In this document: positions 24,020-37,372 of the stretch, piece by piece | Layout of the letters: every line of letters starts with the position of its first letter | How positions within the stretch are numbered: position 1 is the stretch's first letter | NCBI GenBank assembly: GCA_964016885.1 | Contig: OZ024741.1 | Coordinates: 270,692,001-270,756,000 of the forward strand | DNA from: Eledone cirrhosa | Taxonomy: Eukaryota | DNA length: 64,000 nucleotides | Direction: 5' to 3' | Notes under the pieces: generated by a model | What the model saw: the letters and a program-made list of their open reading frames with translations, nothing else | The model's database searches: none | What the model was told of the DNA's origin: nothing | Made by a program: the position numbers and the translations under genes

Positions 24020-26145
24020 GAAGATGTTGGAGATTCTGGTTGTTGCAGGATGGATAGCTGGAGTGATGAGACAGTGGTGTAAAATCCTGGTATGGTACTA
24101 AGGAAGTGGAGAGTTGTGGGGTGCAATAGGAAGAGGTCAGAGGGTCAAGGCAGGACGAAGGAGATGGCAGTAGGGAGATGACAGTGGTAGTAGTGTGGAG
24201 GCTGATAGGAATAGAGAGGTTGGTATGTGGTGGGGAATGTGTGTGCGGTGGAGAGGGGAGGGGATGGGTAAGTGTGAAAGGTGGGGGGGACGTTAGGCGG
24301 GAGTGTAGTGTACTGGTGTGTGTGTGCATGTTTGGATATGAGTGTGTGTGTGTGTGAGGTAGCATGGGTGTTGGTATTACTGGTGGTGGGAGGAGGGGTT
24401 GAATGCGGGTGTGTGAGTGGGGGTTAGTGGCGGTAGTGTGTGTGTGGTGTGGGTGGTGTATCAGTGTGTACGTAGGTGTGGGTGAGAGTATGTGTGATGG
24501 GTTTTTTTTTGGGGGGGGGGGTATAGTAACATTAGTGGTGGGGTGGATGTGTGGGTGGAGGTTAGTGGTGGTAGTAGGGTGTGTGAGTAGTGTGAGGGTG
24601 TGGGTGCTAGGGGAGGAAGTGTTAGTATTATTAGTTGTGGGGTAGGCCAGGGTGTGTGTAGGGGTGTTAGTGTTATTTTAGTTATGGGGTGGGCCAAGGG
24701 GGTGGGGGAGGGCTGGGAGTGAATCGACGGTGGAACTGGAGAGTGTGTGTGTGTTGGGGGGGGGGAGGGTCTGTAGGGTGAAGGTGGTGTGTTTTCTCGA
24801 CCGTGAGGCGGTTGGCGAGGTTCCCATGGCATTGGATCAGGCCGCAGACTGTGAAGTGGTGGGCGGAATGTCCAGGAGAACCAAAGTGGCGGGCGATGGG
24901 GGGACTCCCACCAAGACGAATATCTCGGAGGTGCCCTGTGAACTGATCCGCCAGGCGACATCCAGTCTGTCCGACGTAGGTTGTGCAGCGAAGTCCATAG
25001 ACGAGGTTGCAGAGGAAGACATGCCGGACAGAGAGAGAGGGGCCGTTGGGACCCTGGAAGGTGGTGGTGTTGGTGATGTGGGGGCAGGTGTAGCAGTGAG
25101 GTCTGGAGCAGGGAAGGGAACCAGAGGGGTAGGGAGCTGTGGGCGAGGAGGGAGCGGAGATTGCACGCGCGTTTGAAGGAGGGGTGGGGATAGGGGGGAT
25201 GGAGGGGTAGGATGGTGGGGTGAGGGCGGTGGAGCGGTGGACAGCACGGGCACGAGAGTGGGCGACATGGACGAGGGAGAGGGGTAACCTCTCCGGATGA
25301 AATGGCTGACTAGAGAAAGGGCCTGGGACTCGAAGTCAGTATCTCGGCTGCTGAGGCGGTGGAGATGTCCAAGAAGTGGACATGGATGGTGGAAGGAGCA
25401 GAAGAAGGAGAGAAAGGAGTTGAGCTGTTGTTGGGTGAGGGTCGTGGCTCCGATGCAGTCGTTTATGTAACGACTGTACAGTTCGGGTGTGGGGCCGGTG
25501 TACTGGGAAAAGATTTGGGCCTCAACATGGCCAACGAAAATGTTGGCATAGTTTGGGCCCATTCTTGTGCCTATGGCTACCCCAGTGACCTGTTGGTAAA
25601 ACTCACCCGAGAAGGAGAAGCAGTTAAGGGTGAGGACCAGCTCGGCGAGGCGAAGACAGGTGCAGGTAGAGGGGATGGGGGGAGGGGTGAAGGTCGAGGT
25701 AGTGCCGGAGGGCACGCAGGCCGTCGTTGTGGGGCATGACTGTGTAGATGGAGTCAAGAAAGGCGGAGATGAGTTCCGTGGGGCAGTTGCAAGCGGAGAC
25801 GATGGAGCGGCCTGGGTGGTTGGGTTTGTGGATCTTGGGGACGAAATAGATGGGCGGGGGGTGCGGACGTTGAGGTGTGAAGCGGTGGGAGGGGGATAAG
25901 ACGAGGTGTTGAATGGTGGAAGAAACTTGTTGGTAGAGGGGTGTGGGGTTGGAAGGTAGAGGGCGGTAGAAGAGGGGGTTACGGAGCTGCCTGAAGGCTT
26001 CGGTCGTATAGAGGTCAACACGCCACACCACCACGGCGATTCCCTCGTCCGCTGGTTTGATGACGATGTCATCACGGCTGCGGAGAGCGGGGAGTTGTCC
26101 CCGTGTGATGTTAAGCCATTTGGGGCGGCGACGGAAGTCGAAGCG
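24020..26145 (-). pseudogene. Decayed Penelope-like element (Neptune-like RT and GIY-YIG remnant)
   Basis: DIVIKPADEG, YFVPKIHKPNHPGR, LVLTLNCFSF..GVAIGTRMGPNYANIFVG..YSRYINDCIG. Confidence 0.88.
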
Positions 26146-26154
26146 ATACATATA

Positions 26155-27770
26155 TCTGTATATATATAAAATTAAGTATGTGTGTGTCTGTGTCTGTGTA
26201 TTACCTATAGGGGCCTACATCTTACGACCGATTTTTATGAAACTTTACAGGCTCAAAGATTAGTCATTGGGGAGTGTTTTCTATATATCAGCGTATCGTT
26301 TTTTTTATTCCGGGGTCATTAAATATTCAAAAATAAGTCAACCAAATACACAAAATCTTAGTTAAAACAAATTAAAGGGAAGTAAATCTTGATACCTAAG
26401 AAGCAGGACAGAAGAAATTATTTCCTGTTGATAGTTACTCTAATTGGTAAAAACAATTGCCACACAATGACAAATGACTTCTTGGTTGCTCTACGCAGGA
26501 CAGAAGAAATTATTTCCTGTTGATAGTTACTCTAATTGGTAAAAACAATTGCCACACAATGACAAATGACTTCTTGGTTGCTCTACCAGCTAAAAATACA
26601 TTGAACAAAATATTTAAGTAAAATTATCTTAAGAAACATCAACACCATTCTATCATGAGACACTACTAATGAAAAAGAACGAATGTAGGAGAAATCGTCA
26701 ATCCATATAAACTTTCACCATTAACTCAGCAGACGACATCACTTAATATCTACACTCCTACATCGATCTGTATGTTAATTCTCACTCTCTCTCTATTATA
26801 TATATATAATCTTTCTCTCTATTTTATATACATCTGTATATATATACAATTATATATGATTTCACTCAACATTTCACCATTTGCTACACCTTACGACCGA
26901 TTTTCAAGAAACTCGCCACCTCAAGAATTTCCAACCAGGTTTTATTCCTATTGGACTCCGTTCATCTCAGTTCACACTATTGACCTCTACTACAACCGGG
27001 TGTCAACGATAATTCTTTAACTTTTTAAGCCTGCGATAAATGGTTACTTTGTACAATCCGGCTATACTGTTCTCTGCATTAATCTCTTTCATTGATGCTA
27101 TTCCCGATGTGCTTAAACTACTCTTTAGATAATGCCTCTGAAGAAGAGTAACAAAATTGGTCGGAAAACGTCGTGAGGCAGAAGTATGACAAATAGACGA
27201 GCAAGTGAGCCACTACAAAATGCCGAAATAAGACTGACTAGAAACGCAATGTCCACGGCTGCTGCACGCGCTGCTGAAACAGAGGATCGGCGCGTCTGCA
27301 GACAGACAAGAGACGCTGTGTCGAAGGCCAGACTTAAGGCGTTTGAATATAGCCCAACCTTCAATTATGCCACCCATGCTGATGTGATCATTGGCCATAT
27401 GTCCACCATTTGCACCTACTGCAATGCCATGAAGTGGCCAGGTGAACCATCTGGGATGGGCTGCGCGAATGGAAAGGTCAGCTTACCTTTCCTCCTTGAT
27501 CCACCTGAGCCATTGAAGACGTATCTGGCAGATGAAACAGCGGAGTCTAAGCACTTCCTTGAAAATTTCCGGAAATACAACTGCGCCTTTCAGATGACAT
27601 CATTTGGAGCAAACATTGTTAAGGAAGACAGTTTCATGCCTACATTTAAAGTTCAGGGGCAACTGTGTGTGGCCATAGATGAGTCATCGAGAAGCAGTTG
27701 CTAAGATCAACACCTTTCCATCAAAGCAGATATTATAACCTACCCAGGCAACGCTGGGTACTGCTGCTAG
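26155..27770 (+). mobile_element. Non-autonomous Helitron with intact termini and N-terminal Rep/Zn fragment
   Basis: A|TC start; 3' hairpin TACCCAG-gcaacg-CTGGGTA then CTAG|T; ORF 27186-27704 CTYCNAMKWPGE..CANGKV..YNCAFQMTSFG..PTFKVQGQ. Confidence 0.9.
26403..26586. repeat. Exact 92-bp tandem duplication inside the Helitron
   Basis: gcaggacagaagaa...ggttgctctac at 26403-26494 and 26495-26586. Confidence 0.9.
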
Positions 27771-27801
27771 TATATATATATATATATATCTGTTTACCTT
27801 T

Positions 27802-27842
<41 letters not shown>

Positions 27843-27843
<1 letters not shown>

Positions 27844-28715
27844 TATTAGCAGATCCACTGATCAACCAGATTTGCATATCAGCAGACTGGCCAGCCAGTT
27901 TCATGTATACGAGCAATAAATGGCCGGCTTTGCCACATTCAAATAAAAAAAAATGTTTGCTCTACATGGCTGAATACAATAAATGAATTTTTCGAATATT
28001 AATAATAACATTGGATTCATTTGCAATTATGCAAACAGGCCTCATTTTTAAAGCCAGATCTGCATATAACTGATACCTAGAAACATTAGTGTCTGCAGTT
28101 CTGTTCGCATGCCAACACAAGAGCAAGAATGAAGTGTTCATTCTACTGACATGGCTATAAAATTGAGGCTTGTTTGCAAAATTGCAAACAAATCGAATGT
28201 TACTATTAATATTCGAAAAACTCAGATTACATTTATTGTATTCAGCCATGTAGAGCGAAATTTTCTTTTTTATTTGAATTTGGCAAAGCCGGCCATTTAT
28301 CGCTCGTATACAAGAAACTGACTGGCCAGTCTGCTGATATGCAAATCTGGCTGATCAGTGGATCTGCTAATATGCAGATCTGACTGATCAGCCAAATCAG
28401 GCCAATCAGTCACTATGTATTTTTGAAAATGGCATGTATTTTCACTAGCTCTGACAGTTTGGCAGGTGAACAGTGAACTGTACTGATGAAGGGTGATTCC
28501 CAGAAACAGTGTCTGCAGTTCTGTTTACATGCCAACATAAGAGCAAGAATGAAGTGTTCATTCTCCTGACATGGCTATAAAATTGAGGCTTGTTTGCAAA
28601 ATTGCAAACGAATCGAATGTTATTATTAATCAGTAATACACTGGGTAATTGCTGGCCTCATGCCAAAAGTAGAAACAATTATTAATATTCGAAAAACTCA
28701 GATTACATTTATTAT
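27843..28715 (+). mobile_element. Retrozyme-like non-coding element (family R): inverted stub plus ~1.5 tandem ~423-bp units
   Basis: agaaac..gtgtctgcagttc at ~28079 and ~28502; 27843-28055 is an inverted partial copy; (AT)n on the left flank. Confidence 0.8.
28466..28528 (+). ncRNA. Type I hammerhead ribozyme (family R)
   Basis: gtgaacag-t-gaactgta-CTGATGA-a-ggg/tgatt/ccc-a-GAAA-cagtg-TC-tgcagttc-tgtttac. Confidence 0.75.
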
Positions 28716-28718
28716 ATA

Positions 28719-29870
28719 CTAGCTGAGGTACCCAGCTTCGGCAAGATTAACAAATGATAAGAGAAGACCGGCAGAAGAGAAAACGTCTGTATTGAATGCA
28801 TTGTCTTGTTTTCCATGTGTGTGTGTGTATGTTTGTGTGTGTTTGTGTATATATATGTGTGTGAGTGTTCGTGTGTGTGTATATATATATAGATATAGCA
28901 GTCGGGTTGGTTAGCATACGTGGTATGTCTTTCTTCTTCTTTGGTGTTATAAAATTAGTATCAATAAACTTTCCTGGATATACTCTTATCCCAATCCTGT
29001 ACATACTTTCCGATTGTCACTTTCCATTTTTTTCGTGTGATACACGAAGGAACCAACCAACAAACATCTCTCTTTTATATCTCTTTTATTTGTTCATTCA
29101 AAATATTTTTCAGTTAATTCTGTCGTACAATATACATCAGCAATCGTTATCTAATGTTTAAAACATATGAATAGCTGCGATATATGCACCATATCAATCA
29201 AAAACGATATGAGAATTGAATACCATACTAAAGCGCCAGTAAGCTTGCTAAGAACCTGCAGATAGAAATGTTAATAAATACAACATTTGGCTTGGGTAAA
29301 CTTTAAGATGTTCTTTCATTGTAGGTTTCTTTTCTCAGCCAGTACATTAAAGAAAATTGATAGTTACAACAATAAAGGTTGAACAGAGAACAAATCTGAT
29401 CTTGCGACCAGGGTGGGACTTTTTGGGTGGCATCTTGGCAGTAACAATGACGATAAGCTCTCTGTGCTTTCGTGAAATAAATACGTTTATTTATATTTTG
29501 TTTTTGTGTATGCAAAAATATCTGTACACGAATATATAATTATATATATAAATTAAAATAACAGTTGAAAGTTTAAGCAAAGAATCGCTGCTTTCACCCT
29601 GAACGGGATCTGTGAAACTAAAAAAAATCAATCTGTGAACGCAGAAGTAAATATTTCGAAAAACGTTGCAACCGAAAGAAAACAGGAGGATGATACTTTG
29701 GTTCGTGAAGACGTTAGGAATGTCGTATAACCAGAAAGCTGCAGTTAATATCTTTAGACCGCAAGGAATATATAAATGCAAGTTTGAAGTCAATTGGAGT
29801 AGAAATATGAATTTGTATAGACTTTGCAAAAATGAGGACACACACACAGACAACTTCAGTTTTATATATA
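28719..29870 (-). mobile_element. Non-autonomous Helitron-like element
   Basis: Reverse 3' end ..gggtacctcagCTAG|T; reverse 5' end tatatataaaactgaagttgtctgtgtgtg resembles the other Helitron 5' ends; shares blocks with 22725-22790 and 23420-23770. Confidence 0.6.
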
Positions 29871-30034
29871 TATATATATATATCATCATCATCATTTTAC
29901 GTCCACTTTTCCCTGCTTGCAAGATTGGAGAACCATGTTAAGGGCTGCGCAAGGTAGTGGGGTGGCTGGTGCGGCCTTGTGCGAAAACCCCTTGATCGTC
30001 TTCAAGCAATATATACAAATATATATGTAAATAT

Positions 30035-30290
30035 GTGAAGGTGCATGGCTTAGTGGTTAGAGCATTGGGCTTGCAATCGAAATGTTGTGAGTTCAATTCT
30101 CGGACCGGGTGAGGTATTGTTTCCTTGAGCAAGACACTTTATTTCATGTTGCTCCAGTTTACTCAGCTGTAGAAATGAGTACTGGCTTGCGCGCCCAGCC
30201 AGTGGGATGGTGTTATCTTATGGCTAAAACAGCACGACGTGCTGTGACCAGCGGCGCCCGACAGACTGGTCAGTCAAGGTGATCAAGGTG
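30035..30290 (+). mobile_element. CORE-type tRNA SINE
   Basis: tggcttagtggtt (box A), gagttcaattc (box B), tccttgagcaagacactt..ttgctccagt. Confidence 0.8.
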
Positions 30291-30527
30291 ATATATAAAT
30301 ATATATATAAATATATATATAATATATATAAATATATATATATAATATATATATATAAATATATATATAATATATATAAATATATATATATAATATATAT
30401 AAATATATATATATATAATATATATAAATATATATATATAATATATATAAATATATATATATAATATTTATATATAAATATATATAAATATATATATATA
30501 AATATATATAAATATATATATATATAA

Positions 30528-30576
<49 letters not shown>

Positions 30577-30579
30577 TAC

Positions 30580-32872
30580 ACTTCCCAACATAGCCTAGTA
30601 GTTAGTGACCTCACAGTCAGGAATAGACGTACTCGACGACAGAGGAGGCCTACCTTGAGGAGAAGAATATGGCAGTTGAAGGACCCCATAGCCAGTGACA
30701 AATTTAAAAGCTTATTACTTGATGCCTTTGACAATAAGGAAGAGCAATTAGAGACGTGCGATATAGAGGAACAGTGGCAATTGACAGTGAACCTGCTGAA
30801 AGCAACGGATGAAATCTGTGGCTGAAGCAGACCTATTGGCAGGAGGAGAGTAACTTGGTGTTGGAACAGTAAGGTAGAAGAGACAATCAAGGCCAAAAAG
30901 CAGGCTTGGAAAGTATGGCAGGATGGGGGATGTAGAGAGCACTATCAAGTGGCCAGGAGAGAAGTGTACCTTGCAAAAAGGGAAGCAGAGGAAAGAAAGT
31001 TCAAGCATGTTCTACAATGTGAGAACCAAAAACACGATGTGTTCAGGATTGCTAGACAATGTGTCAAGGAAAACCGTGATATTGTCAGGGAGAAGTGTGT
31101 CCGTAATGATAACGGTGTACTTGCCCTCACTGATGCTGATAAGAAGATAGCCTGGAAGTGTCACGATGAGAGACTATTAAATGAGGAGAATAAGTGGGAA
31201 AAAGTTAGTCTGCCCCAAATCGATCCATTAGAGGGACCAGCGGTGCAAGTTAAAGGTAGTATAATAAGTGAGGCAATCAAAGATATGAAGACAGGCAAGG
31301 CAGCTGGGCCTTCGGAGATAGTTGCTGAGATGTTGAAGGCATCTGAAATGGTGGGACATACTATGGTCACCCAGATAGTTAACAGAATGGGGTCATACCA
31401 AAAGACTGGCGTAGCAGCATCATCATTAACTGCTACAAGGGTAAAGGAGATGCTCTAGATAGAGGAATCTATAGAGGCATTAAGTTAGTTGACCAGGTCA
31501 TGAAGGTCACAGAAAGAGTTATAGCGCAACTAATCAGAGAACGAATTAATCTAGATGAGATGCAGTTTGGGTTTGTGTCAGGTAAAAGTACTACAGACGC
31601 TCTTTTCCTTGTACGACAACTACAAGAGAAGTATCTAGCTAAAAGTAAACCCCTCAACTTAGCTTTCGTAGATCTGGAAAAAGCCTTTGACAGTGTCCCT
31701 CGCTCCATTATCTGGTGGGGTCTTAGAAAACTAGGTGTAGATGAATGGCTTGTGAGAGCTATACAAACTATGTATAATGAAACAGTCAGTAAGGTTAGAA
31801 TTAACAATGAATATTGTGAAGAATTTAGTGTAAAAGTTGGTGTTCACCAAGGCTGTGTCCTTAGCCCCCTCCTATTTATTAGTGCCCTTCAGGCTATAAC
31901 AGAGGAGTTCAAGAACGGCTGCCCATGGGAACTCCTATACGCAGATGATCTAACGCTCATAGCTGAATCAATGGCTGAACTAGAAAAGAAATTCCAAACA
32001 TAGAAGCATGGCCTAGAATCAAAAAGCCTTAAAGTTAATTTGTCTAAGACTAAAGTCCTAGTTTGTAGATACCCTCAGGGAAATGGCCCTGCTCAGTGTG
32101 TAGGAAAGGAGTAGGCAGAAATTCAATTTTATGTCCCAAATGCAAAGTATGGGTACATAAAAGATGTAGTGGGATCACAGGTAAACTATCTAAGAACGTA
32201 CACTTTATATGTGGCCAATGCTCAGGTGCAATAAGTAGCAAGTGTCCACAGGTTAGTAGCCCCTTCTATTGCCCAGATGGTTCTATAGAAATAGTAGACA
32301 CTTTCCGTTACCTGAGTGACGAAATCAGCAGTGGGGGAGGATGTTCTGAAAGTACAGTAGCCAGTCAGAACGGGATGGAAAAAGTTCAGAGAGCTTATAC
32401 CGTTGTTGACCACAAAAGGTTTCTCTCTAAAAATGAAAGGCAGATTGTATGATGCTTGTATACGAACAGCAATGCTACATGGCAGTGAGACATGGGCATT
32501 GTGTGCAGAGGACCTGTGCAGATTGGAAAGGAACGAAGCATGCATGTTCCGCTGGATGTGTAATAGTAATATACGTGAACGGCAAAGCATAAATGAAGTA
32601 AGTGAGAAATTAGGAACAAGAGGGATCAAATGCTGTTTACTTGAGAGAAGACTACGTTGGTATTGTTACATGATGCGCATTAAAGACGACAGCTGTATAA
32701 AAAAGAGCAGGGCGATCTAAATTGATGGTAGTTACGGAGTAGGTAAACCCAGAAAAACCTTGGACGATCTGATAAATTCCGACCTCACACACTTGCACCT
32801 CTCTAAGACAATGTCACTGGACCAAGATCTTTGGCGCTACGCAGTAATACAGAAGACCCACCTTGCCTATGT
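30580..32872 (+). pseudogene. Longest RTE LINE copy (linker, RT and PHD-like finger), multiple disruptions
   Basis: KTGKAAGP, MQFGF, FVDLEKAFD, GVHQG, LLYADD, RLRWYC. Confidence 0.92.
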
Positions 32873-32874
32873 AC

Positions 32875-33660
32875 TAGCCTACAAATTTAGAAGGGCCCTA
32901 AATAAACATAAACTCAATATTAAGATAGTAGAAAGACCAGGTACCTCCGTAAAAACACTTATTAGCAAGACATACCCGTTCCAAAGACCCTCATGTATAG
33001 ATAAGAAATGTATAACCTGTAAAATAAGCCCCCATATTAACTGTAAAACAAGAAATGTAGTGTATAGCATAAGATGTACTGAAGGACAATGTAGAAACAA
33101 AAATATAGTGTACATAGGTGAGACAGCTCGTAGTATAGAGGAACGGATAAATGAACACTGGCGAGACCTTCAAGATAATAAAGAATCATCTGTACTCTAC
33201 CAACATGCTAAGATAGAACACAAGGGTAAATTAGAGAACATAGAAATAAAAATAGAATCTACACACAGAAAAGATGCAATGTTTAGACAAATTACAGAGG
33301 CAGTAAACATAAAAGAATTACAACCAAAATTAAATAGAAAATATGAGTGGAACAGCAATATCACAACTTACAATTAAGGACAAAATGAAAATACACACAC
33401 ATATAGAACAAACAACCAACCAACAACATGTAAATAAATAAACAAACAGATAAATGAACACAACACACACACAGACACCCGGATGTGGCGCATGCGCAAA
33501 CTGAGCACACAACACACACACAGAAACAAAATGGCGTAGGACAGAAGAAAGGAAAGGCACAGAAACAAAGAAAGGAATCCCCAGTCACTGAAGAGGTCAC
33601 AGAGTGTGTGACGAAAGGACTATGACTATATATAAACAACTATCTGGTTGTGGAACCAAC
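32875..33660 (+). pseudogene. 3' fragment of a Penelope-like element (GIY-YIG), related to 8620-10900
   Basis: CITC..CKTRNVVYSIRC..YIGETARSIEERINEH..RQITEAVNI..LNRKYEW. Confidence 0.9.
33583..33627 (+). ncRNA. Canonical minimal type I hammerhead in the PLE 3' region
   Basis: agtca-CTGAAGA-g-gtcac/agagtgt/gtgac-GAAA-ggac-TA-tgact; perfect stem I. Confidence 0.85.
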
Positions 33661-33957
33661 CAACCAACCAGAAATTTATAAATTTGTAGATTTGTAAATT
33701 TATAAATTTATAAATATATAATAAATTGAAGTGAAAGCAACTGGTCCGTGTGTTTCTTATTGGCAACATGACCCTCCCAAAGTATAACAATATCGGTTTC
33801 AACACACGATTTCAGATAAAGAATCTTGCTAAACAAATTCAGAAACGAAATATATATATATAAATATATATATATATAAATATATATATATAAATATATA
33901 TATATATAAATATATATATATATAAATATATATATATAAATATATATATATATAAAT

Positions 33958-34014
<57 letters not shown>

Positions 34015-34035
34015 AATATATATATATATATATAT

Positions 34036-34382
34036 ACAATATATTAACAAATGGAAACTATATTTATAAAACCATATTTATTTTATTATACATATTTCAA
34101 GGGCCACCAAGGCAAATTATGGTGCGCTTTCATCAGATAAAATACAATACAGATTAGTTTTATAAATAAATATTGACATACCCTGAAAAAAGACAACCTT
34201 AACGGTTGGAGCTTCCTGGATAGTATAATGAAATATGTATAATAAAATAAATATGGTTTTATAAATATAGTTTCCATTTGTTAATTTATTGTATATTTAC
34301 TCCAATAATTTGTTGAGAGCTTTATATCAGTTATAAAAATATTTTTAAGCTTGTATCCCAACAAATTAAATATAACCTCTGC
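34036..34382. mobile_element. Family A element with inverted duplication; HHR at 34079-34144 (-)
   Basis: Minus: tattttat-CTGATGA-aagcgcacca..tggtggccctt-GAAA-tatgta-TA-ataaaata; 34229-34292 is the inverted copy of 34036-34099. Confidence 0.8.
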
Positions 34383-34401
34383 ATATATATATATATATTT
34401 T

Positions 34402-34432
<31 letters not shown>

Positions 34433-34439
34433 AAATATT

Positions 34440-34568
<129 letters not shown>

Positions 34569-34575
34569 ATATATT

Positions 34576-34633
<58 letters not shown>

Positions 34634-34636
<3 letters not shown>

Positions 34637-35498
34637 GGTGCGGACGATATCTGACGCAAGATTACTGTCTAGGAAAAAATAACACGGTAGTTTTATTTTT
34701 TAAGATTTATTTATCAAACGTGGGTCAGTTTGTCTTCAAGACTTGTTCTTTCGATCTCACTCGATAAACCCGCCATTGGCTTTGTTGACGGCCTCGGTAC
34801 CGGCTACAGGCCTTCGTCACTGTCCCCAGACTTAGGCCCCTAAAGGCACTTGTGATCTTGGCCTTCAGATCGTCTTTCGTATTGCAGCTAGATCTGTTGG
34901 TGTCTCATTCCACTGCACCCCACACAAAGAAGTCGAGGCGAGCTGGGAGGCCAGATGTCAGGTGAAGTGTGGTCGACGAAGTTCTCTGACAGCCAGGCTT
35001 GGGTCTTTCGGCTGGTATGGCAGGGCGCTGAGTCTTACTGCCACACATACGGCCTACCTGCAGCTACCTGGTCGATCCAGGGCTTTATTACTTCGCTCAG
35101 AACGCGGATGAAGCCATCGGTGTTCAGCTTGAGGCCTTCAGGGAAGAAGTGAGGTGGCATGACGTCACCTTGACTGCTGACGACACCTAAGACCAATGTT
35201 GTCGCTGGAAACTTTGTCTGCATGACTCTGGGTACGTCTTTGGAAGAGACAGCGAGCCACCTGTTGTTCTGGGAGTTGATCTTCTGGTCTTATTTGTCCT
35301 CCCGGCGCGGATTCCAAGAAGAACTCCGTTTCTCTTCCACAAATTTGGAGGTTCAAAATTATTCATAATCAATTATTCTGAAAATAAATAATGGAAATAT
35401 AGTCACTGTTTTTATGAAGACAAGAGTGACAACGGAAGTAAAAAAATTTGCATAAAATTAGCAGTTGAAAATTGCGAACAAATATCAACTGCACCCTG
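34634..35498 (-). mobile_element. Internally deleted Tc1/mariner DD37D (maT) transposon
   Basis: TA|CAGGGTGCGGACGATAT...ATATCAACTGCACCCTG|TA; reverse GVVSSQGDVMPPHFF..DSAPCHTS..LDFFVW. Confidence 0.9.
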
Positions 35499-35651
35499 TA
35501 TATATATTGAAATGTTCATAGTATAATAAACCTTTAAGGAATTACACCAGTCCAGCCTCCTGTTATTTTATAATATATATATATATATATATATAATTAT
35601 AAACACTATTTAGTTTCTTAATATACTTAGACGTGTCTAGGATACTAATTC

Positions 35652-35729
35652 ATCACCCACTGATGAGCAGGAATTGGTAATTCTATTCACAATTAATATT
35701 GCGAAACAACACCAAGTTATCTGGGTGAT
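35652..35729 (+). ncRNA. Type I hammerhead ribozyme with long stem II
   Basis: atcaccca-CTGATGA-gca..tgc-GAAA-c-aac/accaa/gtt-a-TC-tgggtgat; 8-bp perfect stem I; C.A mismatch in stem III. Confidence 0.7.
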
Positions 35730-35984
35730 TGGTAGTTACCACAATTCCGGTTTGTATTTACTTTCTTGATTTTTTCTTAAATTGAGACAAGCAAACCCTA
35801 TTGTCTATAGTTAGTATTCTTTTCACCTTAGCGAATCTGGTACCTTGCGATTTGAACACTTATATGTATATATCTGTGTTCGTTTTTCTTTTATATTCTA
35901 TTATAATATACGGTCCAGAAATATCTCTTTCTTAGAGTTATTTTGATGTAAGAGACTATTTTGAGTTCCTAACTCAATATATAC

Positions 35985-36034
<50 letters not shown>

Positions 36035-36059
36035 TGTATGTATATATATGTATTTAATA

Positions 36060-37372
36060 AAAGGGAAACAGAAATAACACAATCGGTACAGTATATGGAA
36101 GGGATATATTAGGTTAACGCTTGATATAGCAGGAAGAGGGTCCTAACATTTCGGATGCTAGTCCTTCATCAGAAGAAAGAATGAGAAATAAGATAGATTG
36201 AGGGGACAGGCAGGTTGGAATTGGAAAAAACGAGGTATTAGAGAAATTGGGGAGGTGAGTTGAGTTCAAGAGGGGAATAGGACCCAAGGCGGTGAATCAG
36301 ACTTTGTTCAGTCCTGGTGTGTTAAGCCTGTGATCCATGATGTAAAACGACACCCAGGACTGAAACATGTAGGGAAGAATGATCAGGAGAACAGAAATGA
36401 CGAGCGACGAGTATCCAAACTGAGTCATATGTCCCTCAAATGTTCGTCAAACCGGTCCGCCATATGGCGTCCCGTTTGTTCGATATATAAAGACTCGCAA
36501 AGGGTACACCGGAGGGCATAGACAACGTGGGTGGGTGTGCAGGTGAAAGAATGGCGGATACGGAAAGACCCGTTAGGGCCTGTAAGAGTGGTGAGGGTGG
36601 AAATAAAGGGACAAGTGTTGCAGTGGGAACGGGAACAAGGATGAGAGCCGGGTGGAGTCGTGGGAGAGGATGAGAAGGAAGTGCGAACCAGAAGGACGTG
36701 GAGGTTGCGGGTGCACTTAAAAGCAGTAATGGGTGGGTTTGGAACAAAGCGAGAAGTGATGGGGTCAGAAGAGAGGATACGGAAGGAACGGAGGATATGT
36801 CGCCGGGGTGGTAGAGTGATGGGGTGGTAGGTGAGAGGGAAAGGAACGCGGGGGTGAGGTGAGAGAGATGTGGTGCAGTCTGTTTCATGGGCGCGGGTGA
36901 GAGCAGCTTGGATCAGGGTGGGGGGATATCCACGCTGGATAAAGCAGGAAGCCATGCAAAGGGAATGGGTTTCAAAATCGTCCTGGCTACAGAGCCGACA
37001 AAGATGGAGGAATTGGGAATAGGGTATGGAGTGTTTGGTGTGGGTAGGATGGGAGGAGGTGAAGTCGAGGTAAGAGTGGGAGTCTGTTGGTTTAATGTAG
37101 ATGGAAGTAGAGAGGGTGTGGTGAGAGTGATTAATAGATAGAGAGATATCTAGAAAAGCGACAGAAGAATCGGAGGCGGTGAAATTGAGAGCAGGATGGA
37201 AAGATTGGACAAAAGAAAGAAAGCGGTCGAGCTGTTCTCGTAATAGACAGGTGGCGCCGATACCGTCGTCAAAATAACGACCGTATAGCTAAGGAGTCGA
37301 AGATCTGGGCTTCGATGTAGCCAACAAACAAGTTGGCATAGTTTGGACCCATTCTGGTTCCCATCGCTACCC
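36060..37372 (-). pseudogene. Neptune-like PLE 3' half (RT end and GIY-YIG) with weak minimal HHR at 36141-36176
   Basis: GVAMGTRMGPNYA, CSRSHCNTC, VVYALRCTLCESLYIEQTGRHMADRFDEHLR; minus CTGATGA-a-gga/ctagca/tcc-GAAA-tgt-TA with poor stem I. Confidence 0.85.

Noticed and set aside
24837-26075. 412-aa Pro/Ser/Thr-rich host protein
   Set aside because: A mosaic of shifted frames of a decayed PLE RT; only the middle part is in the true frame
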